A stretch of 64,000 bases of DNA, from NCBI GenBank assembly GCA_910579115.1, contig CAJTSO010000002.1, positions 7,040 to 71,039 of the forward strand. Reading direction: 5' to 3'. Origin of the DNA: an uncultured Selenomonadaceae bacterium. Its GTDB lineage: Bacteria > Bacillota > Negativicutes > Selenomonadales > Selenomonadaceae. The number at the start of each line of letters is the position of its first letter. Position 1 is the first letter of the stretch. Positions 29,498 through 39,235 of this stretch are shown here, one piece after another. The notes below the pieces were generated by a model. The model was given only the letters and a program-made list of their open reading frames with translations. It was not told the DNA's origin and searched no databases. The position numbers were made by a program, and so were the translations under genes.

Positions 29498-32080
29498 TTA
29501 TAAGACTCCACGGAAATAATGACCGCGAGTTACTCCCTCGGTCGCGGTATCTTTCTCGGTTTTCCTGCACCAGTCAACTTCTTCCGGGGAGAGGTTGCTT
29601 CCCCGCCGCAAATAATCCCGATAGGCGCTTACTAACGTACTGATATGTTTAGGGTTAATAGCCTTTGCCTCAATGCGGACAGCAGTTATCCCACTATTGG
29701 TCAGCTTCCCTATTTCCGGCAGGAGGCTTAAAGTTTTACTGTTTAGCAGGTGCATATGGCAGTACTGGTCGTTAGCCACCGGAAAAAGTTCACCCTTTCG
29801 GTCCTTTAGGAAATACTGGCCGTTCTTACAAGGCATTGAGCAAGTATCACAGCCATCTTTTCCCACACCGCCCAGAAAGCTTCCCAGTACGCAGTACTCT
29901 GATACCATCAGTTCCAGCTTTCCGTGTACTATACATTCAGTCTTAATCGGTGATTTTTTTATTAGCGGCAACAGCCCCGAGAGATTTAACTCCGGAGACA
30001 AGGTTGCCTGTTTTATTCCCAATTTTCCCAATGCTTCAAGAGTCAATCCATTAAAGGATATCAGAGAATAATCCGAGCGCAGTTCTATATGCTTGCCGCT
30101 TTCTTCAATCAAGTTTCTTAGAATCCTGAGAGTTGCGATATTATGGACATATACGCCATCTGGTTCTAATTCAAGCCAGCTTTTCCAAAGTGTCTTTAAT
30201 CCTGGGAGAGAATCCTCCCGGCATATTCTTGGAGTATTAAAAAAAAGCTTACAATCACTGCTGCCGCTCCTTACCAATGCAGCAGCCTCACGGTAACTAC
30301 CAATACTCAGCGGTTCATGATGATAGCTGTCTCCACCAAATATTATCCCCTCAGCTTCCCCCTTGAGAGCAGACTTCACTCCATCAAACGCGGTGGTACT
30401 TACATAAACTGATGGTATGCTTCCTATGCTTTTTTTTTCCTCTTCCTTCAAACAAATTTTTGATAAGGTATCGAGATTTTTTCCTGTCAGTGCAGTTCCT
30501 GCATTTCTTTCATTACACCATATACTATGCCTGAGCTTATCCATAGCATCGGTAGCCTGGCGGCGCAAATCATTGATAACGCTTACAGGAACCATTACTC
30601 CCTGCTCAATATCAAGTTTTAGCTTCGACAACTTGTAAACAGTTCTTCCCAGCCTATTCAGCTGTTTTTTCGCAGTCAAATCAGTCAAAGGATGATTTTC
30701 AGCTTGAGGAATAATGTATTCAGCCTCGGCAAATACATGAACATTATTGTCCTCAGACAGACTCAGATCCAGTCTTGGCTTTTTATTCAAATAAAATCTG
30801 GCTGAGGCCGCTACAGGCACCCTTCTCACCGGCGCGCCGGCAGTAAAGCGGCTGCGGGCTTCAGTCATCAATGCAGCATCATAAACCCGAAAGGCCCGAT
30901 CGTTCTGTCGGATATTAATGCCTGTGACAAAGGCGATCGTTTCTCCCGCCTTAGCAGCGTTTATCTTATTTCCGTGGTTATCCTCAAATTCGTCAAGCTT
31001 AACCGTTGTCCGACCGCCAACTTTAACCCAAAAATCCAGCTCATCGTCCTTATTAACGTCAACAACCAGCTTAAGAAAGGTTTTTGAATTTGCTTTATCT
31101 ATTTTTACTACCCTTCCCGCCAAAATTCCACGATTATTCGGACGCATATCGCTTATCATATTTCTCCCCGGACGACCTTTCAGATAAGCGGTAGTAAAGT
31201 CTCGGTTAAATACCTGCGCCAACCGGCGTTCAGATTCTTTGCTGTTTTTGTACCCTTCGTCCCCCTGAAGAAGACCATCCAGTGCCTGGCGATATGTATC
31301 AACCACTACTGCTACATATTCAGGTCTCTTCATCCGTCCCTCTATTTTCAGTGATGCAACCCCTGCGTTCATGTACTCCGGAAGTATTTCCAATGTTTTT
31401 AAGTCCTTGGGGGAAAGCAGGTATTCCCCTGCCTTTCCTTTCAACACATCCTGTCCCTTATGATCAACTAATGAATAAGGCAATCTACAGGGCTGAGCGC
31501 AACGTCCGCGGTTACCGCTGCGTCCTCCTATAAGACTTGACATCAGACATTGACCTGAATAGCAAACGCAAAGGGCCCCATGCATAAACACCTCGATTTC
31601 TACCGGACTATGAGCGCAAATATATCTTATGTCTTTGAGGGAAAGCTCTCTGGAAAGGACTACTCTCGTAAAGCCCAGGCCCGCCAGTTCCAAAACACCA
31701 GCCAAATTATGAACTGTCATCTGGGTTGAGGCATGCAGAGACAAATTGGGAGCCACCTGTCTTACCAGCATTGCCACGCCCAAATCCTGCACAAGAACAG
31801 CATCCGCCCCCGCCCCATCAAGAAAACGAAGATAATCGGCGCATTCATCCCGTTCTTCGTCACTGACAACTGTATTGACAGTAACATGAACGGCAACCCC
31901 TCTGAGATGGGCAAATGCAAACGCCCACCTCAAAGCATCACGATCGAAATTATCAGCGTAAGCTCTTGCTCCAAAAGAAGGCCCTGCAAGATATACTGCA
32001 TCGGCCCCACTCTCAACTGCGGCGATAAACGCTTCCCTGCTTCCTGCCGGGGCAAGCAATTCCATAAACTTCTTTTTCAT
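29498..32080 (-). CDS. peptidase U32 family protein with two U32 modules (RlhA/PrtC-like)
   Basis: 860 aa. The N-terminal U32 signature is LELLAPAGS...E.F.HGALC.CYSGQCLMSS, with a second copy near the C-terminus (ECIVHGKLELMVSEYCVLGS). Confidence 0.82.
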   Translation of the reverse strand: MKKKFMELLAPAGSREAFIAAVESGADAVYLAGPSFGARAYADNFDRDALRWAFAFAHLRGVAVHVTVNTVVSDEERDECADYLRFLDGAGADAVLVQDLGVAMLVRQVAPNLSLHASTQMTVHNLAGVLELAGLGFTRVVLSRELSLKDIRYICAHSPVEIEVFMHGALCVCYSGQCLMSSLIGGRSGNRGRCAQPCRLPYSLVDHKGQDVLKGKAGEYLLSPKDLKTLEILPEYMNAGVASLKIEGRMKRPEYVAVVVDTYRQALDGLLQGDEGYKNSKESERRLAQVFNRDFTTAYLKGRPGRNMISDMRPNNRGILAGRVVKIDKANSKTFLKLVVDVNKDDELDFWVKVGGRTTVKLDEFEDNHGNKINAAKAGETIAFVTGINIRQNDRAFRVYDAALMTEARSRFTAGAPVRRVPVAASARFYLNKKPRLDLSLSEDNNVHVFAEAEYIIPQAENHPLTDLTAKKQLNRLGRTVYKLSKLKLDIEQGVMVPVSVINDLRRQATDAMDKLRHSIWCNERNAGTALTGKNLDTLSKICLKEEEKKSIGSIPSVYVSTTAFDGVKSALKGEAEGIIFGGDSYHHEPLSIGSYREAAALVRSGSSDCKLFFNTPRICREDSLPGLKTLWKSWLELEPDGVYVHNIATLRILRNLIEESGKHIELRSDYSLISFNGLTLEALGKLGIKQATLSPELNLSGLLPLIKKSPIKTECIVHGKLELMVSEYCVLGSFLGGVGKDGCDTCSMPCKNGQYFLKDRKGELFPVANDQYCHMHLLNSKTLSLLPEIGKLTNSGITAVRIEAKAINPKHISTLVSAYRDYLRRGSNLSPEEVDWCRKTEKDTATEGVTRGHYFRGVL

Positions 32081-32197
32081 AAAGACACACCTGTTATATC
32101 CTTAATAGCTGCCGGATTATCCATAATCAAATGAGTCACAAAAAAGGCCGTCATCCAAGTTGCTTTTAGCCACGGAAAACGACCTTGTTATTCTTTT

Positions 32198-32282
32198 TGG
32201 TGCGGACAAGAGGGCTCGAACCTCCACGCCTCACGGCATTGGATCCTAAATCCAACGCGTCTGCCAATTCCGCCATGTCCGC
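32198..32282 (-). tRNA. tRNA-Leu (anticodon UAG), CCA encoded
   Basis: I folded the reverse complement GCGGACATGGCGGAATTGGCAGACGCGTTGGATTTAGGATCCAATGCCGTGAGGCGTGGAGGTTCGAGCCCTCTTGTCCGCACCA by hand. It gives a 7-bp acceptor stem, anticodon loop TTTAGGA, a long variable arm and T-loop TTCGAGC. Confidence 0.9.
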
Positions 32283-32311
32283 ATTGTTGCCGCGTGTCTG
32301 CAACGGAAGCT

Positions 32312-32341
32312 ATTCTAGCATGAATAAATAAATCTTGTCAA
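32312..32341 (-). promoter_or_regulatory. sigma-70-type promoter for tRNA-Leu
   Basis: Minus strand reads TTGACA, 18 nt, TAGAAT, about 30 nt upstream of the mature tRNA 5' end. Confidence 0.5.
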
Positions 32342-32390
32342 TATAATCAACCCCTGAGTAAGCTGGGCTTACCAGGGTAATAACCCCAAA

Positions 32391-32990
32391 TTACTTTGCA
32401 GCCTTTATCTTGCTTTCTGTGCCATTCAGCAGCCGGTCAATATTTTGCTTATGGCGGACGATGATAAATAGAGCGGCCAGACAGCCAAAAGCAATAAACC
32501 AGAAATCATATCCAAACAGCCAGGCCATGATTGGGGCTAAAGCCGCTGCCACAATTGAACCCAAAGATACATAGCCTGTAAAATAAACAACAGCAAACCA
32601 GGCTCCAAAAAGCAAAACAGTTACCAACGGCATAAGCATAGCAACCACACCTAAACCGGTTGCAACTCCCTTGCCACCCTTAAAACCGAGGAATACGGAC
32701 CAGGAATGACCAACTATCGCCATGATACCCCCCATTACCTGAGAAAAAGATGAGCCATCGGCAAATTTAATGGCAAACCAAACACCGAGACAACCCTTAA
32801 TGAGGTCGCAAAGGAATACAGTGATTCCGCCAGCCTTGCCAATAGTACGCCACGCATTTGTCGCGCCAATATTATGACTGCCATGGTCCCTCAGATCTGT
32901 CTTCCATATAAGCTTTCCCAAAATGAGACCGCTTGGAATGGAACCGACAAGATAAGCACATACAACTGCAACTATCAATCCGAACATCAA
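32391..32990 (-). CDS. plsY: glycerol-3-phosphate acyltransferase PlsY
   Basis: 199 aa polytopic protein with GSHNIGATN and GGKGVATG motifs. It overlaps the der stop by 4 nt. Confidence 0.92.
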   Translation of the reverse strand: MMFGLIVAVVCAYLVGSIPSGLILGKLIWKTDLRDHGSHNIGATNAWRTIGKAGGITVFLCDLIKGCLGVWFAIKFADGSSFSQVMGGIMAIVGHSWSVFLGFKGGKGVATGLGVVAMLMPLVTVLLFGAWFAVVYFTGYVSLGSIVAAALAPIMAWLFGYDFWFIAFGCLAALFIIVRHKQNIDRLLNGTESKIKAAK

Positions 32991-34318
32991 TCATCCTCCT
33001 CTTCTTTTCTTGCTCTGGTAATAATGCGCAGCGGAGCGCCTTCAAAGCCAAATCTGGCACGAAGCTGATTCTCTAAATATCTCAAATATGAAAAATGAAC
33101 AAGGGTAGGATCATTAGCAAAAAGAACAAACCGAGGCGGTTCTATACCAACCTGAGTCATAAATAGCAGCTTTAACTGACGTCCTTTATGGGCTGGCGGC
33201 GGGTTAATAGAGATTGCATCATTCAACAGCTCATTTAGGACACTGGTTTGAATGCGCATTGCCTGTTGATCCGCCACATATTTAACTACATCAGTCACAC
33301 GGTTTACCCTCTGTTTTGTTAATGCGGATATGTACAGTACAGGGGCATACTGAAGAAAAACGAGTTCATTGCGAATAATCTCCGTATATTTAACGGTAGA
33401 TTTGTCGTCCTTGTCAGGTATCAAATCCCATTTATTGGCGATAATAATAACGCCTTTTCCTGATTCATGGGCAAAGCCGGCGATTTTTTTATCCTGCTCA
33501 GTTACTCCTTCTACAGCATCGATAACCATAAGAACAACATTGGCCCGGTCGACAGCTCTCAATGCCCGCAACACGCTATAATGCTCTACAGGTTTATCAA
33601 TCTTTGCCTTGCGGCGCATCCCGGCAGTATCAATCAAAGTGAATTTAATATCGTCCTTTGTGAAATGCGTATCAATCGCATCCCTGGTCGTTCCAGCAAT
33701 ATCACTTACAATAACCCGCTCTTCACCCAGAATTGCATTTACCAGCGAAGATTTGCCAACATTCGGGCGACCAATTACCGCAATGGCCAGCTCATCGCTC
33801 TCATCTTCCTCTGCCGCCTTCTTCGGAAAAGCTGCTACCACAGCGTCAAGAAGGTCTCCAAGGTTCAGGGAGTTGGACGCGGAGATCGGGATTACATCTC
33901 CCAATCCAAGACTATAAAAGTCATAAATATCGTCCTGCTGCTTTTGAGTGTCTATCTTGTTTACAGCAAGAATAACCGGCTTCTTTGTCCGGCGAAGAAT
34001 TCTTACAATTTCTTCATCTTCATTAGTAAGCCCAACGCGGCCATCCACTACAAAGAGGATTACATCTGCCTCTTCGATAGCAATTGTTGCCTGCTGGCGC
34101 ATACTATTCAACAGTTTATCATCACTGACCAGCTCAATACCACCAGTATCAACCATAGTGAATTCGTTATTAAGCCATTCAGAATCGAGATATATTCTAT
34201 CCCGGGTGACACCAGGAAAATCATCCACGATAGAAACGCGTTGCTTTCCAATCTGATTAAAAAGCGTAGATTTACCCACGTTAGGGCGACCAACTATAGC
34301 TACAATAGGCTTACTCAT
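32987..34318 (-). CDS. der: ribosome-assembly GTPase Der/EngA (two GTPase domains + KH-like)
   Basis: Two G1 motifs, GRPNVGKST and GRPNVGKSS, each followed by DT(A/G)G and NK.D. Confidence 0.95.
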   Translation of the reverse strand: MSKPIVAIVGRPNVGKSTLFNQIGKQRVSIVDDFPGVTRDRIYLDSEWLNNEFTMVDTGGIELVSDDKLLNSMRQQATIAIEEADVILFVVDGRVGLTNEDEEIVRILRRTKKPVILAVNKIDTQKQQDDIYDFYSLGLGDVIPISASNSLNLGDLLDAVVAAFPKKAAEEDESDELAIAVIGRPNVGKSSLVNAILGEERVIVSDIAGTTRDAIDTHFTKDDIKFTLIDTAGMRRKAKIDKPVEHYSVLRALRAVDRANVVLMVIDAVEGVTEQDKKIAGFAHESGKGVIIIANKWDLIPDKDDKSTVKYTEIIRNELVFLQYAPVLYISALTKQRVNRVTDVVKYVADQQAMRIQTSVLNELLNDAISINPPPAHKGRQLKLLFMTQVGIEPPRFVLFANDPTLVHFSYLRYLENQLRARFGFEGAPLRIITRARKEEEDD

Positions 34319-34463
34319 TGCGGTGCCTCCTTATAATGCAGTCTTTCTGAAAATTGCAAGGCAATTTCCACCTATCGGCATTCAGCGACAATTGGGCTAT
34401 GAACTCCACCGTGTTGACTAATGAAGAATCCGCCACTTAACAAACTAAAGCGGGGGACATCCT

Positions 34464-35891
34464 TTAGTCGTTATATTGAAGCTTCGTGTATGCGGCATTG
34501 CTTTGCCACATGTAAGAAGTACATTCTCCAGCTGTATTATTTGAATACACTGAATCAAAATCAATTAACGTCCGGAAAAGTTCATCCCCGTGGAGAACCG
34601 GCAAAATTTTTAAACCTGTATCCTTTTCCAGGGACTCAAGGGTATCATCATCAAGGAAAATTCCATCGCCAGCTCTAAGGCAGGAGGCTGGAATAACCAT
34701 CCTTTCCTGCAATTTATTTCTTTTTCGGAGGTCTGCTATTACTTTACGGATATCTTTACCTGTGAGAAGACCGGATACATTAACGCTTTCTCCAAAAAAC
34801 TCATTTATCACAGGGACAACATTATGTATATTGTTTCCGTGCGCCGCTGAAAATTCCCCTACTATTCTGTCTATCAGTGGTTGAATTCCCATTCCAGTAA
34901 GAATTGTAACTGGTTCATCACTCCATTTTATATCAGCGCCTGCTGCATTTTGAGCATTATACCAATCATCGAGAAAACTTCTTGCCAGTCCAATACCATT
35001 ATCAAGCTGCGGAAAGCCGTCATATTGCTCCTTTTCCGGCAAAGCCCTGCCAGCAATGAAGAAAAATTCGTCCCCCAGGTAAACGAAGTTCTCTCCCGTT
35101 TCTTGTCGGAACTGTTTTTGATATTTGCTGACCAGCTCAATAATCTTTCCTGCTTCGACACTATCAAAAAGCGACAAGGGATAACAACCTTCACGATACT
35201 TTGTAAGGCCAACCGGTACAATTGCCAGGGACACTGCATACGGCCGACGCTGCCATATTTCTTCTATCGTTCGCCTTAACTCGTTTCCGTCATTTAATCC
35301 GGGGCATAAAACAACCTGTGAATGGAATTCTATCCCATCGCGGGCCAGGCGGTCCAATTGCGAGTTCAATTCTTTTGCCCTGGGAGATCCAAGCATCTTC
35401 TCACGGAGTGCTGGATTAGTAGTCTGAACAGAAATATGAAGAGGGCTTAAATGATACCGGGCAATCCTCTGAAAATCCTCCTCTTTGATATTTGTCAAGG
35501 TAACGAAATTGCCATATAAAAAGGAAAGTCTATAGTCATCATCTTTTATATACAGAGCTGAGCGCATTTGCGGCGGGACCTGATCAACAAAGCAAAAATA
35601 GCAATGATTTCCGCAACATCTAATTCCATCAAAAACTGCCGACTCAAACTCAACGCCCAACTCCTCATCTATATCCTTATCAAAATCAATAATCTCCTCC
35701 TGACCATCAGCATGACGAACAACAAGGCCAATCTCTTCTTCAGCCATGGCAAAAGACAAATCAATAAGATCTCTGAGCTGGACTCCGTTTATTGACAGTA
35801 TTTCATCCCCGGTCACCAGACCAAGCTCATCGGCTAGTCCTCCCGACGCCACGTGTATTATTTTTCCCCCAAAGGTCTTCACTTTACTCAT
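34464..35891 (-). CDS. DUF512-type protein: N-terminal PDZ-like segment + radical-SAM-like Cys cluster; function unknown
   Basis: 475 aa. The cysteine cluster is CCGNHCYFCFVDQ. It sits in the conserved position upstream of der. Confidence 0.75.
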   Translation of the reverse strand: MSKVKTFGGKIIHVASGGLADELGLVTGDEILSINGVQLRDLIDLSFAMAEEEIGLVVRHADGQEEIIDFDKDIDEELGVEFESAVFDGIRCCGNHCYFCFVDQVPPQMRSALYIKDDDYRLSFLYGNFVTLTNIKEEDFQRIARYHLSPLHISVQTTNPALREKMLGSPRAKELNSQLDRLARDGIEFHSQVVLCPGLNDGNELRRTIEEIWQRRPYAVSLAIVPVGLTKYREGCYPLSLFDSVEAGKIIELVSKYQKQFRQETGENFVYLGDEFFFIAGRALPEKEQYDGFPQLDNGIGLARSFLDDWYNAQNAAGADIKWSDEPVTILTGMGIQPLIDRIVGEFSAAHGNNIHNVVPVINEFFGESVNVSGLLTGKDIRKVIADLRKRNKLQERMVIPASCLRAGDGIFLDDDTLESLEKDTGLKILPVLHGDELFRTLIDFDSVYSNNTAGECTSYMWQSNAAYTKLQYND

Positions 35892-35907
35892 AATTTTCCC
35901 GTTACCA

Positions 35908-35936
35908 CAAAAAGGGGCAGGCCTCTGCCTGCCCCC
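35908..35936 (-). terminator. intrinsic terminator after the S1 gene
   Basis: Minus strand reads GGGGCAGGC-AGAG-GCCTGCCCC followed by TTTTTG. Confidence 0.8.
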
Positions 35937-35954
35937 TAAAATATTTATCTTCGA

Positions 35955-37040
35955 TTATTCGGCAGCCGGAACCTCTTCGAGATTCTTATCAGCCTTTGCG
36001 ATACTTAGGCTGATACGCTTCTTGGCGGTGTCAATACGGAGAATCTTTACCGTAACGACATCACCCATGCTTACAGCTTCATCAGCTTTAGCAATACGGC
36101 GGTCAGAGAGCTCTCCCATGGGAATAAGACCATCAAAGCCAGGCTCGATTTCCATGAAGGCGCCAAAATTAGTGAGCTTAATAATCTTGCCCTGAATAAG
36201 GGAACCCTCGGTATATTTCCCAGCGCGCTCAAACCAAGGATCCTGCAACGTATCTTTCACAGAGAGAGATATACGCTTAGTCTCAGGATCAAAGCTCTTG
36301 ACCTTTACATCCAGTTCCTGGCCAACCTCAAAAACCTCAGAGGGATGCTTGACACGACTCCAGGAGAGATCGGAGATATGAGCAAGACCATCTACTCCAC
36401 CGATATCAATGAAAGCACCATAGTCTACGAGGCGCTTAACAACACCCTTCAAAGTCTGACCAGCCTCAAGGGTAGAGAACAACCGCTCTTGCTTTTGGGT
36501 GCGTTCTTCCTCCAGAATTTTGCGGCGGGAGAGAACCAAACGCTGCTTCTTCGGGTCACACTCCAAAGGCAGAGCAGTAACAATCTGACCAACATATACC
36601 TGAAGATCTTTTACAAAACCAAGATCAACCTGAGATGCCGGGATGAAAGCGCGCAGACCCTGAACAGCGGCAACGACACCGCCTTTAACGACATTTGTAA
36701 TCTCAGCTTCAACGGTCTCCTGTCGCTCGGTGATCCCCTGAAGAACTTCCCATGCGGCAAACTTATCAGCCTTAACCTTGGAGAGAACCGCACCATTCTC
36801 ACCACCCATGGATACGACAAAAACCTTAATCACATCACCGACCTTGACAACATCCTCTGCGGATTCAGGGGCCGGATAGCGCAGTTCACGCTTAGGAATG
36901 GGAATTTCCTGCTTGTAGCCAATATCTACAAATGCCTCGTCACGATTTACCAATATGACGGTACCTTCGACGACTTCCTTTTCTTTGATTTCCTGCCCTG
37001 CTGCCGCTTCCTCTTCAGCCAGGAGCTGTTCCATTGTCAT
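35955..37040 (-). CDS. rpsA: S1 RNA-binding-domain protein (four S1 repeats; ribosomal protein S1 homologue)
   Basis: Four repeats of the G.V..(V/L)...GA(F/V)(V/I)D(I/L)G type. The ATG at 37040 overlaps the ispH TGA as ATGA. The ORF track starts it 12 nt earlier at a GTG. Confidence 0.85.
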   Translation of the reverse strand: MTMEQLLAEEEAAAGQEIKEKEVVEGTVILVNRDEAFVDIGYKQEIPIPKRELRYPAPESAEDVVKVGDVIKVFVVSMGGENGAVLSKVKADKFAAWEVLQGITERQETVEAEITNVVKGGVVAAVQGLRAFIPASQVDLGFVKDLQVYVGQIVTALPLECDPKKQRLVLSRRKILEEERTQKQERLFSTLEAGQTLKGVVKRLVDYGAFIDIGGVDGLAHISDLSWSRVKHPSEVFEVGQELDVKVKSFDPETKRISLSVKDTLQDPWFERAGKYTEGSLIQGKIIKLTNFGAFMEIEPGFDGLIPMGELSDRRIAKADEAVSMGDVVTVKILRIDTAKKRISLSIAKADKNLEEVPAAE

Positions 37041-37867
37041 TTCTTCTTGCACTTTTCATAAACCTCCTTGATAACCCAGTCAGGAGTTGACGCTCCGGCT
37101 GTGATACCAACATTTTCTATTCCGTCAAACCACTCGGGCCTAAGCTCGGAAGCCGTCTCGATATGGTATGTCGAACACTTTTCAGCGCAAAGCTGCGCTA
37201 ACCGAGCGGTATTTGCACTGTTCTTTCCACCGATAACCAACATCAGATCCACATCACCAGCCAGCCTTATTGCTGCTGTCTGGCGCTGATCGGTAGCCGT
37301 ACAAATAGTGCGCAATATATGAATATCATTTGACTTACCGAGGAGTATTCCCACTATACGATTAAACTTCTCCCCAGAAAATGTCGTCTGAGAAACAATC
37401 CCCAAATGAGCGCAGGGCATGAGCTCCTCAGCTTCTTCCACGCTATCTATTACAATTGCCTTAGAACCTGACCACTCAAAAATGCTCTTTACTTCCGGAT
37501 GCTCTTTCTCTCCGATTATTACAACACTATAACCTTCACTCATTAAGCGACGAGCTGCCATCTGAGCCTGCTTCACATGCGGACAGGTAGCATCAACTAC
37601 CTGAAGACCCAGCCTTTCTGCCTCTTCATACACCTCGGGTCCAACCCCGTGAGAGCGAATTACAATAGTATCCCCCTGCTTCATTTCTGCTGGAGAATCA
37701 ACGGTTCCAACGCCTTCACTTTCGAGCCGTGAAACCATCTGAGGGTTGTGAATAATGGGTCCAAGGGTGGCAGACCTGCCATTAGAGCGCGCATTATCAC
37801 GTGCCAACTCAATAGCCCGTTTTACTCCATAACAAAAACCCAGACACTCAGCCAACATTACTTTCAT
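37037..37867 (-). CDS. ispH: 4-hydroxy-3-methylbut-2-enyl diphosphate reductase
   Basis: 276 aa with the three conserved Cys contexts (GFCYGV, ATCPHV, TICTAT) of IspH/LytB. Confidence 0.93.
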   Translation of the reverse strand: MKVMLAECLGFCYGVKRAIELARDNARSNGRSATLGPIIHNPQMVSRLESEGVGTVDSPAEMKQGDTIVIRSHGVGPEVYEEAERLGLQVVDATCPHVKQAQMAARRLMSEGYSVVIIGEKEHPEVKSIFEWSGSKAIVIDSVEEAEELMPCAHLGIVSQTTFSGEKFNRIVGILLGKSNDIHILRTICTATDQRQTAAIRLAGDVDLMLVIGGKNSANTARLAQLCAEKCSTYHIETASELRPEWFDGIENVGITAGASTPDWVIKEVYEKCKKK

Positions 37868-37960
37868 AGATTACCACATCGTTTCAAATTTATCAAGAAA
37901 ATTATTCGAACAGAAGGAGACTATTTTCTGAGACCATTCTCAGCGAAATCACCAAAGTCA

Positions 37961-38566
37961 TCAAACTACTTCGCCTCGATTATAGGCATCAAGCATATAT
38001 TGTATTTTCTCCATCAGGTCTGCCGAAAAATCATTCAATGCCTGCTTATCAGCGTGTTCCGAATCATATATCATGGGCTCTCCATAAAGCACGGCAACCT
38101 TGGGCAAAAACTTTTCCCCGAATATATCTCTCGTTCCAACGATGGCTACAGGGACAACAGCCGCCTTTGATATAGAAGCAAGAAGTGATACTCCTGCGCC
38201 AACCTTGCCAAGCTTTCCATTCTTGCTTCTGGTTCCTTCCGGAAATATTGCCATACATTCACCGGACTTTAATATCTTCAAGGCTTTTTTTATAGCGCTC
38301 TTATCTGATGCTCCCCGCCTCACCGGGAAAGCATGAAGATTTCGTATAATACTCCCAAAAACAGGAACTTTGAAAAGTTCCTCCTTTGCCATGAAGCTTA
38401 CAGGACGGTCAACATAGGTTGCCAAAAGCGGTACATCCCAAAATGACTGATGGTTCGCCGCAAATATTACAGGACCTTCTGAAGGGATACGTTCTTGATG
38501 CCCCAGTGTAAAATCAAAAATATGCCAAAACCGGCGAAAGAAAACTCCAAGAAGCGAGTATAACAT
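37961..38566 (-). CDS. plsC: 1-acyl-sn-glycerol-3-phosphate acyltransferase
   Basis: NHQSFWD (HX4D) and FPEGTRS acyltransferase motifs. Confidence 0.85.
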   Translation of the reverse strand: MLYSLLGVFFRRFWHIFDFTLGHQERIPSEGPVIFAANHQSFWDVPLLATYVDRPVSFMAKEELFKVPVFGSIIRNLHAFPVRRGASDKSAIKKALKILKSGECMAIFPEGTRSKNGKLGKVGAGVSLLASISKAAVVPVAIVGTRDIFGEKFLPKVAVLYGEPMIYDSEHADKQALNDFSADLMEKIQYMLDAYNRGEVV

Positions 38567-38575
38567 CTTTTCCTC

Positions 38576-39235
38576 TCATTCTACCAGCTTTACAATTGCT
38601 GCTTCTGCCTCATTGAGATTCATATTGGTGGTGTCCAGCAATATTGCTTCCGGCACCTGGACCAGGGGAGATTCTTCTCTTTCGCTGTCTGCTTTGTCTC
38701 TTGCTGCAATTTCTTCCTGCAGTTTTGTCAGGTCTACAGCAAATCCCTTTTCCCTCAATTCCTTGTAACGGCGGTTCGCCCGCTCCTCAATCGACGCTGT
38801 CAGGAAGATCTTAACATCAGCATTTGGCAGAACCTTTGAGGCAATATCACGACCGTCCATTATCACTCCGCCATCGGCTGCCATTTTTTTCTGGAGATCA
38901 ACCATTTTCTCCCGCACTTGTCCAATGGCCGCAACCCTTGAAACGACTGACGTTACCGCAGGAGTGCGAATTGCCTCACTGACATCAACACCATCAACGG
39001 CAATGCGTTGACTTCCATTCTCGTAGGTGAGCGCCACGGTAAGATTATAAGCGGCCGCCGCTATATCCTCATCAGTAAAGTTGTCACTTCCAAAAGTTTG
39101 CAATACTTTCCAGGCAACTGAGCGGTACATAGCGCCCGTATCTATGTATATATAACCGAGCCTTTGAGCAACTCTCTTTGCAAGAGTGCTCTTTCCTGCA
39201 CCAGCTGGCCCATCTATAGCAATTACTTTTTTCAT
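38576..39235 (-). CDS. cmk: cytidylate kinase
   Basis: IAIDGPAGAGKST P-loop with a typical Cmk sequence. It overlaps the aroA stop by 4 nt. Confidence 0.93.
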   Translation of the reverse strand: MKKVIAIDGPAGAGKSTLAKRVAQRLGYIYIDTGAMYRSVAWKVLQTFGSDNFTDEDIAAAAYNLTVALTYENGSQRIAVDGVDVSEAIRTPAVTSVVSRVAAIGQVREKMVDLQKKMAADGGVIMDGRDIASKVLPNADVKIFLTASIEERANRRYKELREKGFAVDLTKLQEEIAARDKADSEREESPLVQVPEAILLDTTNMNLNEAEAAIVKLVE

